NCBI GenBank assembly: GCA_964016885.1
Contig: OZ024741.1
Location: 220,410,001-220,474,000 of the forward strand
Source of the DNA: Eledone cirrhosa
Taxonomy: Eukaryota
Length of the DNA stretch: 64,000 bases
Direction: 5' to 3'
Of this stretch, positions 26,618-38,600 are shown in pieces (position 1 is the stretch's first letter; every line of letters starts with the position of its first letter). Below the pieces are notes generated by a model that worked only from the letters and a program-made list of their open reading frames with translations, searched no databases and was not told where the DNA came from. Made by a program: the position numbers and the translations under genes.

Positions 26618-28224
26618 TCTATAAAAGGGAGATTGTTGTTGTTGCTGTGTGTGTGCATTTTCCATGTTTATACATTTGCACAATTTGAAACCGATTCGAC
26701 TGAAAGTCTGTAAGAATGTTGTAAATGGTCTAAGTTAGGTCATCGACTATTTATTTCATTCAAACTCACAAACAATTACGGAAATAATCGATAAAACTAA
26801 ATACATGACGCTTTACCCCTCTAATACAATCAGATTCTCTCTCTTTACTCTCCTTAAAATTCGATAAAACTACATACATGCTGCAACTTTCTCTTATATA
26901 CGATTAAACTTACAAACTTTAAGAGAGAGAGAGAACGTTTGTTTTTGATATACGATTAAACTTACAAACTTCCTTTAGGAACGCCGAAGAGAGAGAGAAG
27001 AGAGTGAGAGGGAGAGAGAGATAGAGAAGGAGAGAGAGAACGTTTGTTTTCGAGTGTGGAACGGTCAAACATTTATTTACTTCAATGACAAAGAGAACTT
27101 ATTACATTTCATACGAAACAACTATTATTCAAAAGCAACAGATAAATGTATTCAACAACAAAAAAAATAGCGATAAATCTTTTTTAAAACATCTATCAAC
27201 GAACGTGGAAGAAAGAAGTATCAGTTCATTTACTATACACAATAATATCCTCTATGAGTTCACTAAACCTGCTAGAAACAGCAGCTAACTCTCCCCCATA
27301 TCACACCCCTCACGATAAAACTAAATACATGACGCTTTAAAAATCAATACAATCTGATTACCTCTCTCTACTCCCCTTACAATTCGATACAACTACATAC
27401 ATGTTTACAAATTTCCTTTAGGAACGCCGAAGAGAGAGAGAAGAGAGAGAGAGAGAACGTTTGTTTTTGAGTGTGGAACGGTCAAACATTTATTTACTTC
27501 AATGACAAAGAGAACTTATTATATTTCATACGAAACAACAATTATTCAAAAGGAACAGATAAATTTATTCAACAACAAAAGAAAATAGCGATAAATCTTT
27601 TTTAAAACCTCTCAACGAACATGGAAGAAAGAAGTATCAGTTTATTTACTATACACAATAATATCCTCTATGAGGTCACTAAACCTGCTAGAAACAGCAG
27701 CTAACTCTCCCCCATATCACACCCCTCCCTACTGTCTTAAATTTAGGAAACATTATCTCTATGAGGTCACTAAACCTGCTAGAAACAGCAGCTAACTCTT
27801 CCCCATATCACACCACTCCCTATTGTCTTAAATTTAGAAAACATATCCTCTATGAGGTCACTAAACCTGCAAGAAACAGCAGCTAACTCTCCCCCATAAC
27901 ACACCCCTCCCTATTGTCTTAAATTTAGAAAACACACATTAGACAACCATACAGAACAACTCCATCGCAGCTCTGTTGTTCGGCTGGCATCGTCTACGCG
28001 CGTGTTAGGCAAGTACTGTGAAACAATATATTTCAACACTTCTTTGCACAGAGATAATATCCATAGGCGAAACTACAATTGTCACTGCTGGCGCAGCTCC
28101 TGCTTCCAGGTCTGCAATTCAGTCACCCAGTGCCTGGCAGACAAAAAAGTGCTGCCATAAAATGGGTGGTGCAACCTAACTTTGGTAACTTACTGACCCC
28201 GAGCAACGCCGGGCTTTAATGCTA

Positions 28225-28225
<1 letters not shown>
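26618..28225 (+). mobile_element. Non-autonomous Helitron
   Basis: 5' a|TCTATAAAAGGG; 3' GC hairpin CCCG(A)GC-AAC-GCCGGG at 28198-28213, then CTAG|t; no TSD; internal tandem duplications. Confidence 0.8.
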
Positions 28226-28298
<73 letters not shown>

Positions 28299-28472
28299 AT
28301 ATTTTTTATATATTTTATATACATTATAAAACTCTTTTTTACAATAATGACACTTTGACGAAACAAAGAAGTGAAAAAAAAAGAAAAACAGATCCTTAAA
28401 TATATTTCCGGTGCTATTTCCAATTTTACCTTTTATCTCTCTCTCTCTCTCTCTTTCTCTATCTTACTATCT

Positions 28473-28539
<67 letters not shown>

Positions 28540-28542
<3 letters not shown>

Positions 28543-28700
28543 CAAGTTCGATTCCTGGATCGGGCGATGCGTTATGTCCTTGAGCAAGACACTTTATTTC
28601 ACGTTGCTCCTTCTACCTGGAGTTGCGACCGATAGATAGTACTAGCAACTGGAAAGACCAACGGAAACATTGTTTCCTCGGTCCGATTTGACGAAAGTCG
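28540..28700 (+). mobile_element. CORE-like SINE family B fragment
   Basis: GTTCGATTCC..TGTCCTTGAGCAAGACACTTTATTTCACGTTGCTCC, also at about 46235, 48840 and 52310. Confidence 0.65.
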
Positions 28701-29126
28701 ATCGACTAAAATAATAAAAAAATATATATATAACAAAGAAAATGTAGTAAGAAACCAAGTGGACCATAACGCACCAGAGTACTCGATACTATATATATAT
28801 ATGGAGTGTCAGTGGTTCTATGCCCAGAAAAACCACTGATCAAAATTATGCTCAATGCATAACAGGATGCAGGTTTGGTATATTGAGGAAGAAAATATTC
28901 AACCTAGAGCTCCTATGTTTTTTGCAGGTGACCTCACAAACACGAGCGTCTTCAGGAATCCTGATGTAGTCAGTCACTGGCTTAAATGGTGGTTCTCTTC
29001 TTTTCATCAACGTAAAACTATTGAGCAATGTAGAAATGCATACATGCATGGATACATACATACATATATACATACATACACACATACATACATACATACA
29101 TACATACATACATACATACATACATA

Positions 29127-29275
29127 CATGATGGCTGCCCCCTCGTTATCGAGTATGGCCATTGCACAATAAAAAAAAAAAAATAAAATAAAAAAAAAAA
29201 AATAAATAAAAAAAAAAAATAAAAAAAAATAAAATAATAATAATAATAATAATAACAATAATAATAAATAAATAG

Positions 29276-29306
<31 letters not shown>

Positions 29307-29311
29307 AAAAG

Positions 29312-29344
<33 letters not shown>

Positions 29345-29464
29345 TATACATATATATATACATACACATATATATACACACACATACATACACATACATA
29401 CATATATACACACACACATACATACACATACACTCACACATATATACACACATACATTAATAAC

Positions 29465-29519
<55 letters not shown>

Positions 29520-29598
29520 GCAATAATATTAATAACGACAACAACAACAATAATATACATATTCATATATATATACACACACACGCACGCACATAAGC

Positions 29599-29636
<38 letters not shown>

Positions 29637-31350
29637 GATAGCAACTAACAGTGCTGCGATCGAATGTGGCTTTTTAGCCCAGCCAATGATCTAAAATGTC
29701 TTGCACAGAGTCGGCAACCAAAACATTTACTGGGAATAGTCGGCTGTGGTTGGAGTTCGTGTACTTTTGCATGTCGCTTGAGTCCTCCTGCTGATTTACA
29801 TTCTCTACCACATGTTTGGCAAGCATGATGAGTAGCATCTCCAACAGCAGCCTGGTAGTCAACCACTGGTCTTACTTTATGACTGCGAAGATGACTTTCG
29901 AGTCCAGCTTTGCTTAGGCAGAGTCTCGCACAGACGCTGCATGTCAGAAACATAGGAGGACCCTCGCCGTCTGGAAGTGCAACAGCAATACCCTTCCTCA
30001 CGTCCCGCTTTACTTTCTCGTGTGCGATTCGAGATGCCTCAAAGGCAACTTTTCCCTCATATACAGTCTTTCTCCATTTATTACGATCAGCAGCAATATT
30101 TTCCCATGTATCAGCAGAGATGTTAGCGTCTTTCAGAGAGGCCTTCAAGGAATCCTTATACCTCTTTTTTGGTTTATGTGGCGGTCGTTTTCCTTTAACC
30201 AACTCTCCATAGAAGAGTTGTTTTGGTATTCTAGAATCCTTCATCCTGGCAAGGTGACCACTCCAACGGAGTCGCTGCTTAAGCACAAGAGCTTCTATAC
30301 TGTCACACATAGAGCTTTCCAAAATCTCGACATCACTGATGTGGTCCCCCCAGCGAACGCCATGTATCCGTCTGAGACACATCTGATGGAAACGCTCCAA
30401 TTGCCTAAGGTGGCGTCGATATGTGACCCAGGTCTCGCAGGCATAAAGAAGACAAGAGAGTACACATGCCCTGTACACCCTTACCTTTGTCCTCCTGCAT
30501 ATGTCTCGCCGACCCCAGAGTCGCCTTTCTAGCTTTCCGAAAGCATCACTTGCTTTCCTAATCCTAAGTGAGATTTCACTGTCAAGGTTGCCGTATCGAT
30601 TGACAGTGCTTCCCAGGTAGACAAACTGATCAACCACTCCAAGTCGTTTGCCATACACATAGATGTTTGGTTCAGTGTACTGCCTACCAGGTGCAGGTTG
30701 GTACATGACGACGGTTTTCTTGAGACTGACAGTCAAACCCAGGGCAGTGCAAGCGTCAGAAAATACATTCAAAATGTGCTGCATATCACTCTCTGTGTGC
30801 GCTACAAGATCGCAATCATCTGCATACAAGAGGTCTCTTATGACCGATGTAAATACCTTTGTCTTCGCAGCAAAGCGCCTGATGTTAAATATGCTGCCTG
30901 AGGTTCGATATCGGATGTAAACACCATGCTCGCAATTCCTGAATGCAACACAGAAAACCATTGCAAAGTATATGGCAAACAGGGTCGGTGCTGGAATATC
31001 CCCCTGTTTCACTCCATTTTTTACTGAGATAGGCTCCGACATGTTACCTCCGACATTAACCCAAGCCCTCATGTCGTCATGGAAAGACCTAACTAAAGCA
31101 AGGAACTTATCAGGGCAACCAAGTTTCTGGAGAATCTTCCATAATGCATCTCTGTTGACAGTATCGAAAGCCTTTGTCAGATCGACAAAAACCTGATACA
31201 GATCCAAGCCCTGTTCAATGCACTTCTCCTGGAGCTGTCTAGCTGAGAAGATCATATCAGTAGTGCCGCGTCCAACACGAAAACCAGATTGACTTTCAGG
31301 AAGGACACAATCTGCAATGTGTGTCAGCAGACGGTCCAGAAGCACCCTAC
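29127..31350 (-). mobile_element. RTE-clade LINE, 5'-truncated; 3' UTR split by microsatellites and ending in a (GTAT)n tail
   Basis: RT ORF at 29645-31345; terminal CTCGATAACGAG-GGGGCAGCCATCAT(GTAT)n at 29127-29170. Confidence 0.85.
29645..31345 (-). CDS. RTE reverse transcriptase with three C-terminal C2H2 zinc fingers (566 aa, N-truncated)
   Basis: PESQSGFR, FVDLTKAFD, GVKQGD, LYADD, YLGS, LRWSGH; CSVC..HLRSH, CQTC..HAKVH, CRLC..HIRSQH. Confidence 0.92.
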   Translation of the reverse strand: MLLDRLLTHIADCVLPESQSGFRVGRGTTDMIFSARQLQEKCIEQGLDLYQVFVDLTKAFDTVNRDALWKILQKLGCPDKFLALVRSFHDDMRAWVNVGGNMSEPISVKNGVKQGDIPAPTLFAIYFAMVFCVAFRNCEHGVYIRYRTSGSIFNIRRFAAKTKVFTSVIRDLLYADDCDLVAHTESDMQHILNVFSDACTALGLTVSLKKTVVMYQPAPGRQYTEPNIYVYGKRLGVVDQFVYLGSTVNRYGNLDSEISLRIRKASDAFGKLERRLWGRRDICRRTKVRVYRACVLSCLLYACETWVTYRRHLRQLERFHQMCLRRIHGVRWGDHISDVEILESSMCDSIEALVLKQRLRWSGHLARMKDSRIPKQLFYGELVKGKRPPHKPKKRYKDSLKASLKDANISADTWENIAADRNKWRKTVYEGKVAFEASRIAHEKVKRDVRKGIAVALPDGEGPPMFLTCSVCARLCLSKAGLESHLRSHKVRPVVDYQAAVGDATHHACQTCGRECKSAGGLKRHAKVHELQPQPTIPSKCFGCRLCARHFRSLAGLKSHIRSQHC

Positions 31351-32120
31351 ATAAAAAAAAAAAAATGTATGTATAGGTATAGGGAGCTTATAGATAGGAC
31401 AACACACGCTGTCTCTTCGTGGGGTAAGTTTTTAATTAATTTTTGTATTCTGAAACATCAAAATACAACAATTTGTTGGTTACTGGACTCGGGAATGTCA
31501 CGACAGAAGTTTGTGGAAGTTACACAAATATTTTAGTATATTTTAGCAGAGCAATCCTTATTTATATTTTACATTTACTTACATCTCAATATAACATGGC
31601 TAGAATTCAAATTTTGCTAAGAGAAGAAAACGGTCAAATGAACATACATACATACATATATACATACATACATACATACATACGTACGTACATACATACA
31701 TACACTGGGGTATGTTAGTAACTGTCTCAATAAAAATCTTGAGAAGCTAGGCTTCACAGGAACAGAAAGAACACAACTAGTTAGGAAATTACAAGTACAA
31801 TCCATTAATGGAACAGTAAAAATATGTCAAAAGATTCCAACAATTTTGCATCTAATAACTGCATTTACACATGTACAGATGCAAAGCATATACACATGCA
31901 CACATACAACTCAAAACATACACATCCACACATACAATAACATCCATATCTACACATGCATGCTGACATGCATACATATCTACCTAGTTGATGTTGTGTA
32001 AATTCCAATGAGAGAGTCTTGTGTCTAGGTTAGAAACCGACTCTCTCTCTATTGGTAAAAATTCGTGAAATTATAAATCCAGAAGAACATACATACATAC
32101 ATACATACATACATACATAC

Positions 32121-32610
32121 ATGATGACTGCAACTAAATTTCGAGTAATACCATCGTTTGATACTTAAGCATGACGTGGCATTTTAGTCCTGAACGTGGC
32201 TTTTTAGTCCTGCTAGGGACTAAAAAGCCAGGTCCTTGCCTATGACCAGCAATGTCATGCATCACAAATAAAAAAAAATGTCACATATCAAGCGATGCAC
32301 GTGCTTGAAGTTTTTTAAGTTAGGAAAGGCTTTGCACGGGGCCGATCTCTGAATATCAAATGCTTTTGCCCAAAAAGAAGAGCAAGTATTATATCAGGGT
32401 GACCTGCTCCAAGAGAGATGTCTTAATAAAGACTTGCAGTCTCTCGCTCCGCAAAAAATAATTTTATTTGATGGCCGTTGACTCTCCTGAGTTCCTCCGC
32501 CCTTTGTCGGATTTGGGTTTTCATCACGCAAGGTGTCCAAAATCACCCGCCTCACTAAACAACCTTGGTGGGGTTGCCGGCCGCTTTAGCCGCCGACGAT
32601 TCAACAATGC
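32121..32610 (-). mobile_element. Non-autonomous RTE derivative (5' UTR joined to 3' end) with a candidate HDV-like ribozyme
   Basis: 3' end ACTCGAAATTTAGTTGCAGTCATCAT(GTAT)n resembles the RTE end at 29127; 5' part shares AAAGGGC..GGA..CTC..GAGTCAA.GGCCATC with 33241-33700. Confidence 0.6.
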
Positions 32611-33240
32611 ACACATAGATACATATTTACATACATATTCATAGAACGAGAAAGAACACAACTTAGGAACTTATAAGTACAATCCATTAATGGAACTGTA
32701 AAACTGTGTCAAACATTCCAAAAATTCTGCATGTAATAACTGCATATACACATGTATAGATACAAAACATATGCATGTATACACATATAATTCAAAGCAT
32801 ATAGATCCACACATACAATAACATCTATGTTTACACACTCAAACACACAGACACACACGCACACACACATGCATACATAATCTACCTAGTTGATGTTGTG
32901 TAAATTCCAATGAGAGAGTCTTGTGTCTATGTTAGAAACCGGCTCTCTCTCTATTGGTAAACATTTATAAAATAATTAAACCACTCATAAATACACACAT
33001 ACATACATGTACATAATACATACATACGTACATACATACACATGCATACATATACATACATATAAACATACATACACACACACACATGCATAATACACAC
33101 ATATAAACACACACATACATACATACATACATACATACATACATACATACATACATACATACATACATACATACATGTACATGCATACATACACACATAT
33201 ACATACACACACACATACATACATACCTATACATACATAC

Positions 33241-33700
33241 ATGGTGGCTGCCAACTCGTTTTCGAGTACGGCCACTACTTTATATCCATGTAGGAGAACC
33301 CCTACTGATGCGCTGAACGAGTGTGACTTTTTAGTCCAGCCAGCGACTTGAAAACTCTGGTACAAACACTACACTTGTGACAATTACTGACACATAGTGC
33401 TGGGCCCATGGTACCATGTGACGACAAGTGCAGAGAGATCTCCAGATATAAAGCAATGCCTGTGCCGTGAAGCTTTTATAGTGAGCAAAGGCACTGCACA
33501 AAGCCAGTCTCACTCTCTTAACCAAGATGATATTTACCAAAAAGAAGAACAAGTCAACATCATTGGATACCATCAGGGTTGCAGGTGTTACATCAGAGTT
33601 TTCCTTCTCCTAGAATTCTGCCTTGACAAAGGCTAAGGGGTCATCTCTCCCGGTGATTTTGGATGGCCATTGACTCTTAAGAGCTCCTTTGCCCTTTGAT
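33241..33700 (-). mobile_element. Related non-autonomous RTE derivative, 5'-truncated
   Basis: Contains the RTE-UTR-like CTAGGAGAAGGAAAACTCTGA and ends ACTCGAAAACGAGTTGGCAGCCACCAT(GTAT)n. Confidence 0.6.
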
Positions 33701-33702
33701 AC

Positions 33703-33733
<31 letters not shown>

Positions 33734-34853
33734 CATACATACATACATACATACATACATACATACATACATTCATACATACATACATACATACATACAT
33801 ATGTATGTATGTATGTATGTATCATACATACATACAGAAGGAGGACATCTACGGACCATTGATGAGGAGTTTACAAATCCAGTATCCAAGATACACCTTT
33901 AGCTTCATAGCCATCATTATTGGTGCTACGGGTTATATACCAACCCGCTTGGACCAAAGTATGACTGAACTTGGATTTGCGGACAAAAAGCGCAGCTCCC
34001 TAATTCATAGTCTACAAATGGCTGCGATAGCTGGCACCTTCAAAATTTGCAAAACATTCTTGCGATTCAAGGGATGACAATTTCTTTTCTTTTACAACCT
34101 TGCCACCAGGAAGGTGGCCGGTCAAAAAAATATACTCGAAATTAAGAGAAAGAGAAAACATACATACATACATATACTGCAGATACTCCACCCTGATTAC
34201 ACCTTCAGATTTATGCCTGTGATTATTGGGGCACTGGGATATGTTAGTAACTGCCTCAATACAAATCTTGAGAAGCTAGGCTTCACAGGAACAGAAAGAA
34301 CACAACTAGTTAGGAAATTACAAGTACAATCCATTAATGGAACAGTAAAAATATGTCAAACATTCCAAAAATGTTGCATCTAATAACTGCATATACACAT
34401 GTACAGATGCAAAGCATATACACATGCACACATACAACTCAAAACATCCACATCCACACATACAATAACGTCCATATCTACACATGCATGCATACATATC
34501 TACCTAGTTGATGTTGTGTAAATTCCAATGAGAGAGTCTTGTGTCTATGTTAGAAACCGACTCTCTCTCTATTGGTAAAACTTTGTGAGATTATAAAACC
34601 AGAAGAACATACACACACACATACATACACACATATACGCATACACACACACATACATACACACATACACACATACATACATACATACATACATACATGC
34701 ATCCATCCATCCATCCATCCATACATACATACACACATACATACATACATCCATCCATCCATACACACATACATACATGCATACATCCATACACACATAC
34801 ATACACACATACACACACACATACACACACACATATACACATACATACACACA

Positions 34854-34887
<34 letters not shown>

Positions 34888-35364
34888 CATACATACATAC
34901 ATACATACATACATACACACATACATATATGCGTATACATTAATGTTTACATATACATATTTCCAAATGTCAATTCCAAGTTACAAGTATCGGGTTTTAT
35001 TTTAAAATTAATTGATTGAACAAATGGTTTTAAGTGAAGAAATTGATTGAGAGGCATATAGGTAGTAGATGGATGGGTGGATAAGTAGGTAGATAGATAT
35101 ATCGATAGACAGATGGACAGAGAGAGATCGATAGATAAATAGACGAGCAGATAGATGAACTGATAGATAAGTAGGTAGATAGATAGATAGATAGATATAT
35201 AGATTGACAGATATATATATATATGTATGTATGTATGTATATGTATGTATGTATATATATATATGTATGTATATATATATATATACGTATATATATATAT
35301 ATATATATAAATTAGCGAGAATCGTATTTCGGCTATTGGAAATTAGCGAAAAACAACTTCCGAG

Positions 35365-35519
<155 letters not shown>

Positions 35520-35554
35520 AGAGAGAGAGAGAGATTGATTAGAGAGATAGATAA

Positions 35555-35613
<59 letters not shown>

Positions 35614-38600
35614 TATTTCTTTTATTTGCCACTAGGGCATCAAAAGTGGGACAAGTACAAAGGGGGGAGTTTACACAAAAAGGCGTCCTCAATAAGGAGG
35701 AGGCAATAACAAAATATAAAAATAAAATAAGATATAACAAAAAATAAAATTTTTAACAAAATCCTCAATAGAGAGGAGGCGCCTTGGGGGGTCGCACACA
35801 CCCCCGAAAAAAGTGTGCAACCCTTCTCCTCAGGAGCACAGAGAAGGGGTGCTCCCTTGGTCTTTCATCTTCCTCACCTATAGTCTGATGTAGAGTGAAG
35901 GCCCATTCACACGGGCCATTCTCGCCACTTTCACCCATCTTTCATAGAAACGGCTGGGGTGCAGCACCTCTCTCTCCATCCTGATCCTTCTTCCGAAATG
36001 ATATCGGAAGAAACGGACCAGTTGTTGGCCAGAGAGAAAGGTGCCCGACCTCAGTCCTTTCAGACGCGTCCACCATACAACCTCTTTCGCCATGGCTATT
36101 ACGCACAGAAACACCGCCTCTGCTTCATCTTTGAAGGGGGGAGGCGGCTTGATCATTACAATAGACTCGGTGGTCAACCGGATCGGTCCCACCCTTGACA
36201 GCAGTTGTTCGACATAGCCCCACAGATCGGCTACGCCCGAGCAGTGTACTAATGCGTGTGCAACGGTTTCCTCGTCGCACACGCATCTGGGACAGATCTT
36301 TTTGGCGGGGTCCCTACCCGGGCGCCCGTGTCTGTAGAGCCTTTCTCGAACGGGTAAAGCCCCTCGGTAGCACTGCCAGGCCAGGGACTTCTGGAAGTTG
36401 TCCATAGGTCCCGGGCTGAATGTCCTACCGAAAAGGCTGGCCAGTTCGTCCTCCTCCATGTCTAGGGCTTCTCCGAGGGCGTCGTCGCACCTGCTGCGTA
36501 CCAGCCCTCTATAGAATGTTGCGGTGGAGTCTCCACTGATAACCGGATCCGCCTGCCAGAGGGCGGTGAGCGCCTGGGCACACTCAGTGTGCCAGGCGCC
36601 CAGTTTTCTCGGTCTTTGCTTGACCCAGGATTGCAGCTCGGTGAGTGAGACGAGTCTGGGAAAGGTTCGTCTCACAAACGAGGCCCACACCGGTTGTCCG
36701 GTGAGGAATACGTAGAGGTGCCGTAGCCTTAATGCGTGTTTACGCATCATTAGCCACGGCATCCCCAGCCCTCCTTTCGAAGGGTGTTGACAGCAGATGG
36801 ATCTCCTCACCATAGGAGCCCGCCTCTTCCAAAGGAATTGGAAGAGCGCGCGCTCCATCTTGGTGAGGGTTTCCCTTGGGCAGGGCACTACGGTCAGGCG
36901 GTAGTAGATGACGGACGCTATGTAGGTGTTCGCCACCTCCGCCCGACCTTTCAGGGATAGTTTGCAACTGGCCCACTTCTGGGTCAGTGCAAACACTCTG
37001 TTCGTAACCTCCGCCCAGTTTTTCTCCACCTGGAGGTCCGGTCCGAACCAGACCCCGAGCAACTTCACCGGGCCCTCCGTCCAGCGTCCGACGACGCTAT
37101 CGGAGGGCATCGGTCTGCCCCTCCACGTGCCGAGTTGCAAACCGATCGACTTGTCCCGGTTCAGCTTAGCCCCTGTGAACTTTTCGTACTCCTCCAGTAA
37201 GGTGCCGACCGCCTCGATTTCGGAGGCCGTCGACACCATTACTGTCACGTCATCGGCGTAGGCCGACACCGCTTTCCGCAATCCCGGTTCCAAAGGGATG
37301 CCCTGCAACAACTCCAACTTCCGCAGTAGTGGCTCGAGAGTCAATACATACAGAAGGGAGGAGAGAGGGCACCCTTGTCGGATGGACCGCGCGATTTTGA
37401 ACGGCTCCGAGAGGTAGCCGTTCACCTTGACCCTAGAGCAGATGCGGCTGCTGTGCATAGCAGTGATCCAGCCCCTGAAAACGGGTCCGAAGCCTGCCGC
37501 CGCTAGCACCGCATCCAGGTAACCATGGTCGACCCTATCGAACGCCTTAGATTGATCCAAGTTGATCAGAGCCCCACCAAAGCCGGGTTCGTTCCCAACC
37601 CTCTCTATGATGTATCGCATGAGGTGGAGGTTGTCATGGATGGACCTGGACGGGATAGCGCATGTCTGCGCATCTCCCACCAGGTTGCCCACGACAAGCG
37701 CCAACCTCTTTGCTAGCACCTTGGCCAAAATCTGTAACTCTGTATTTAGCAGTGTTATGGGCCTGAAGTTACTTATTTCGTCCCCCTTGTTCTCGTCCTT
37801 CCTCACTAGCGTGACTACGCCCTTGGTCACAGTACAGGGAATTCTCCCGTTCTGTTGCCAGTTGCAGTAGACCGCCTCGAGGAGATCGGGGAACAAGTCC
37901 GGCATAGCTAGATATAATTCGTAAGGAAGACCATCGAGACCCGGGGATTTGCGTTTGCCGCATTGGCTCAGCACGTCCTCTATCTCAGCGGCCGAAATCG
38001 GCTCCTCGCAGGACTTCGCCTCCCTGTCCGAGAGGCGCGGCAGGCCGTCGAGGTATGGACCGAAGTCCACGTTCCCAACCGGCTCCCCGCCCCTCCCGAA
38101 CAGTCGGGCAAAGTGCCTTTGAAAGGCCTCACACATCTGCTTAGGCTCAAGAATCGCCCGTCCATCCAGGTCTCGCAAAGACCGGATGGTGGATTTAGTT
38201 CCACTGTTGGCCTCTGTCACGCGGGCCCAGCTAACAGCTTTGGTCCCCTCGTTCCCTAGAGCACGTATTTTACTTCGGACAACGCAGCCTTCGTGCTTCG
38301 CGTCGAAAAACTGGCTCAAAGCCGTTCTCGACGCTAGCACTCTGGCCACGTCGCCGCTTCTAATTGCCTCTTCTACTCTATCTATTAGCTCCCTTTCCTT
38401 CCTATTCCTATCCGCAGCTAGAACCTTACTAAATTCTATCGAGACTACTCTAATCTCTCTCTTTAGAGATACCCACCACCTGCTGTTGACGATCGCTCCA
38501 GTCAACCGTTCCTTAACTAACGTACTAATCCGATTCCTGTAGGCTCTACTTGCCGGCAAGGACAAGTTGAGCTTCCAGTAACCGGGGCCCTGTCTATGAG

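Larger units (their letters stand above)
31703..34610 (+). mobile_element. Cluster of 5'-truncated RLE LINE 3' ends in (CATA)n (about 31703-32088, 32645-32990, 33836-34158, 34172-34610)
   Basis: Peptides YTFRFMPVIIGALGYV..LQVQSINGTVKICQTF and YGPLMRSL..IIIGATGYIP..GTFKICKTF resemble R4-type RLE C-termini; each copy is bounded by CATA repeats. Confidence 0.75.
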
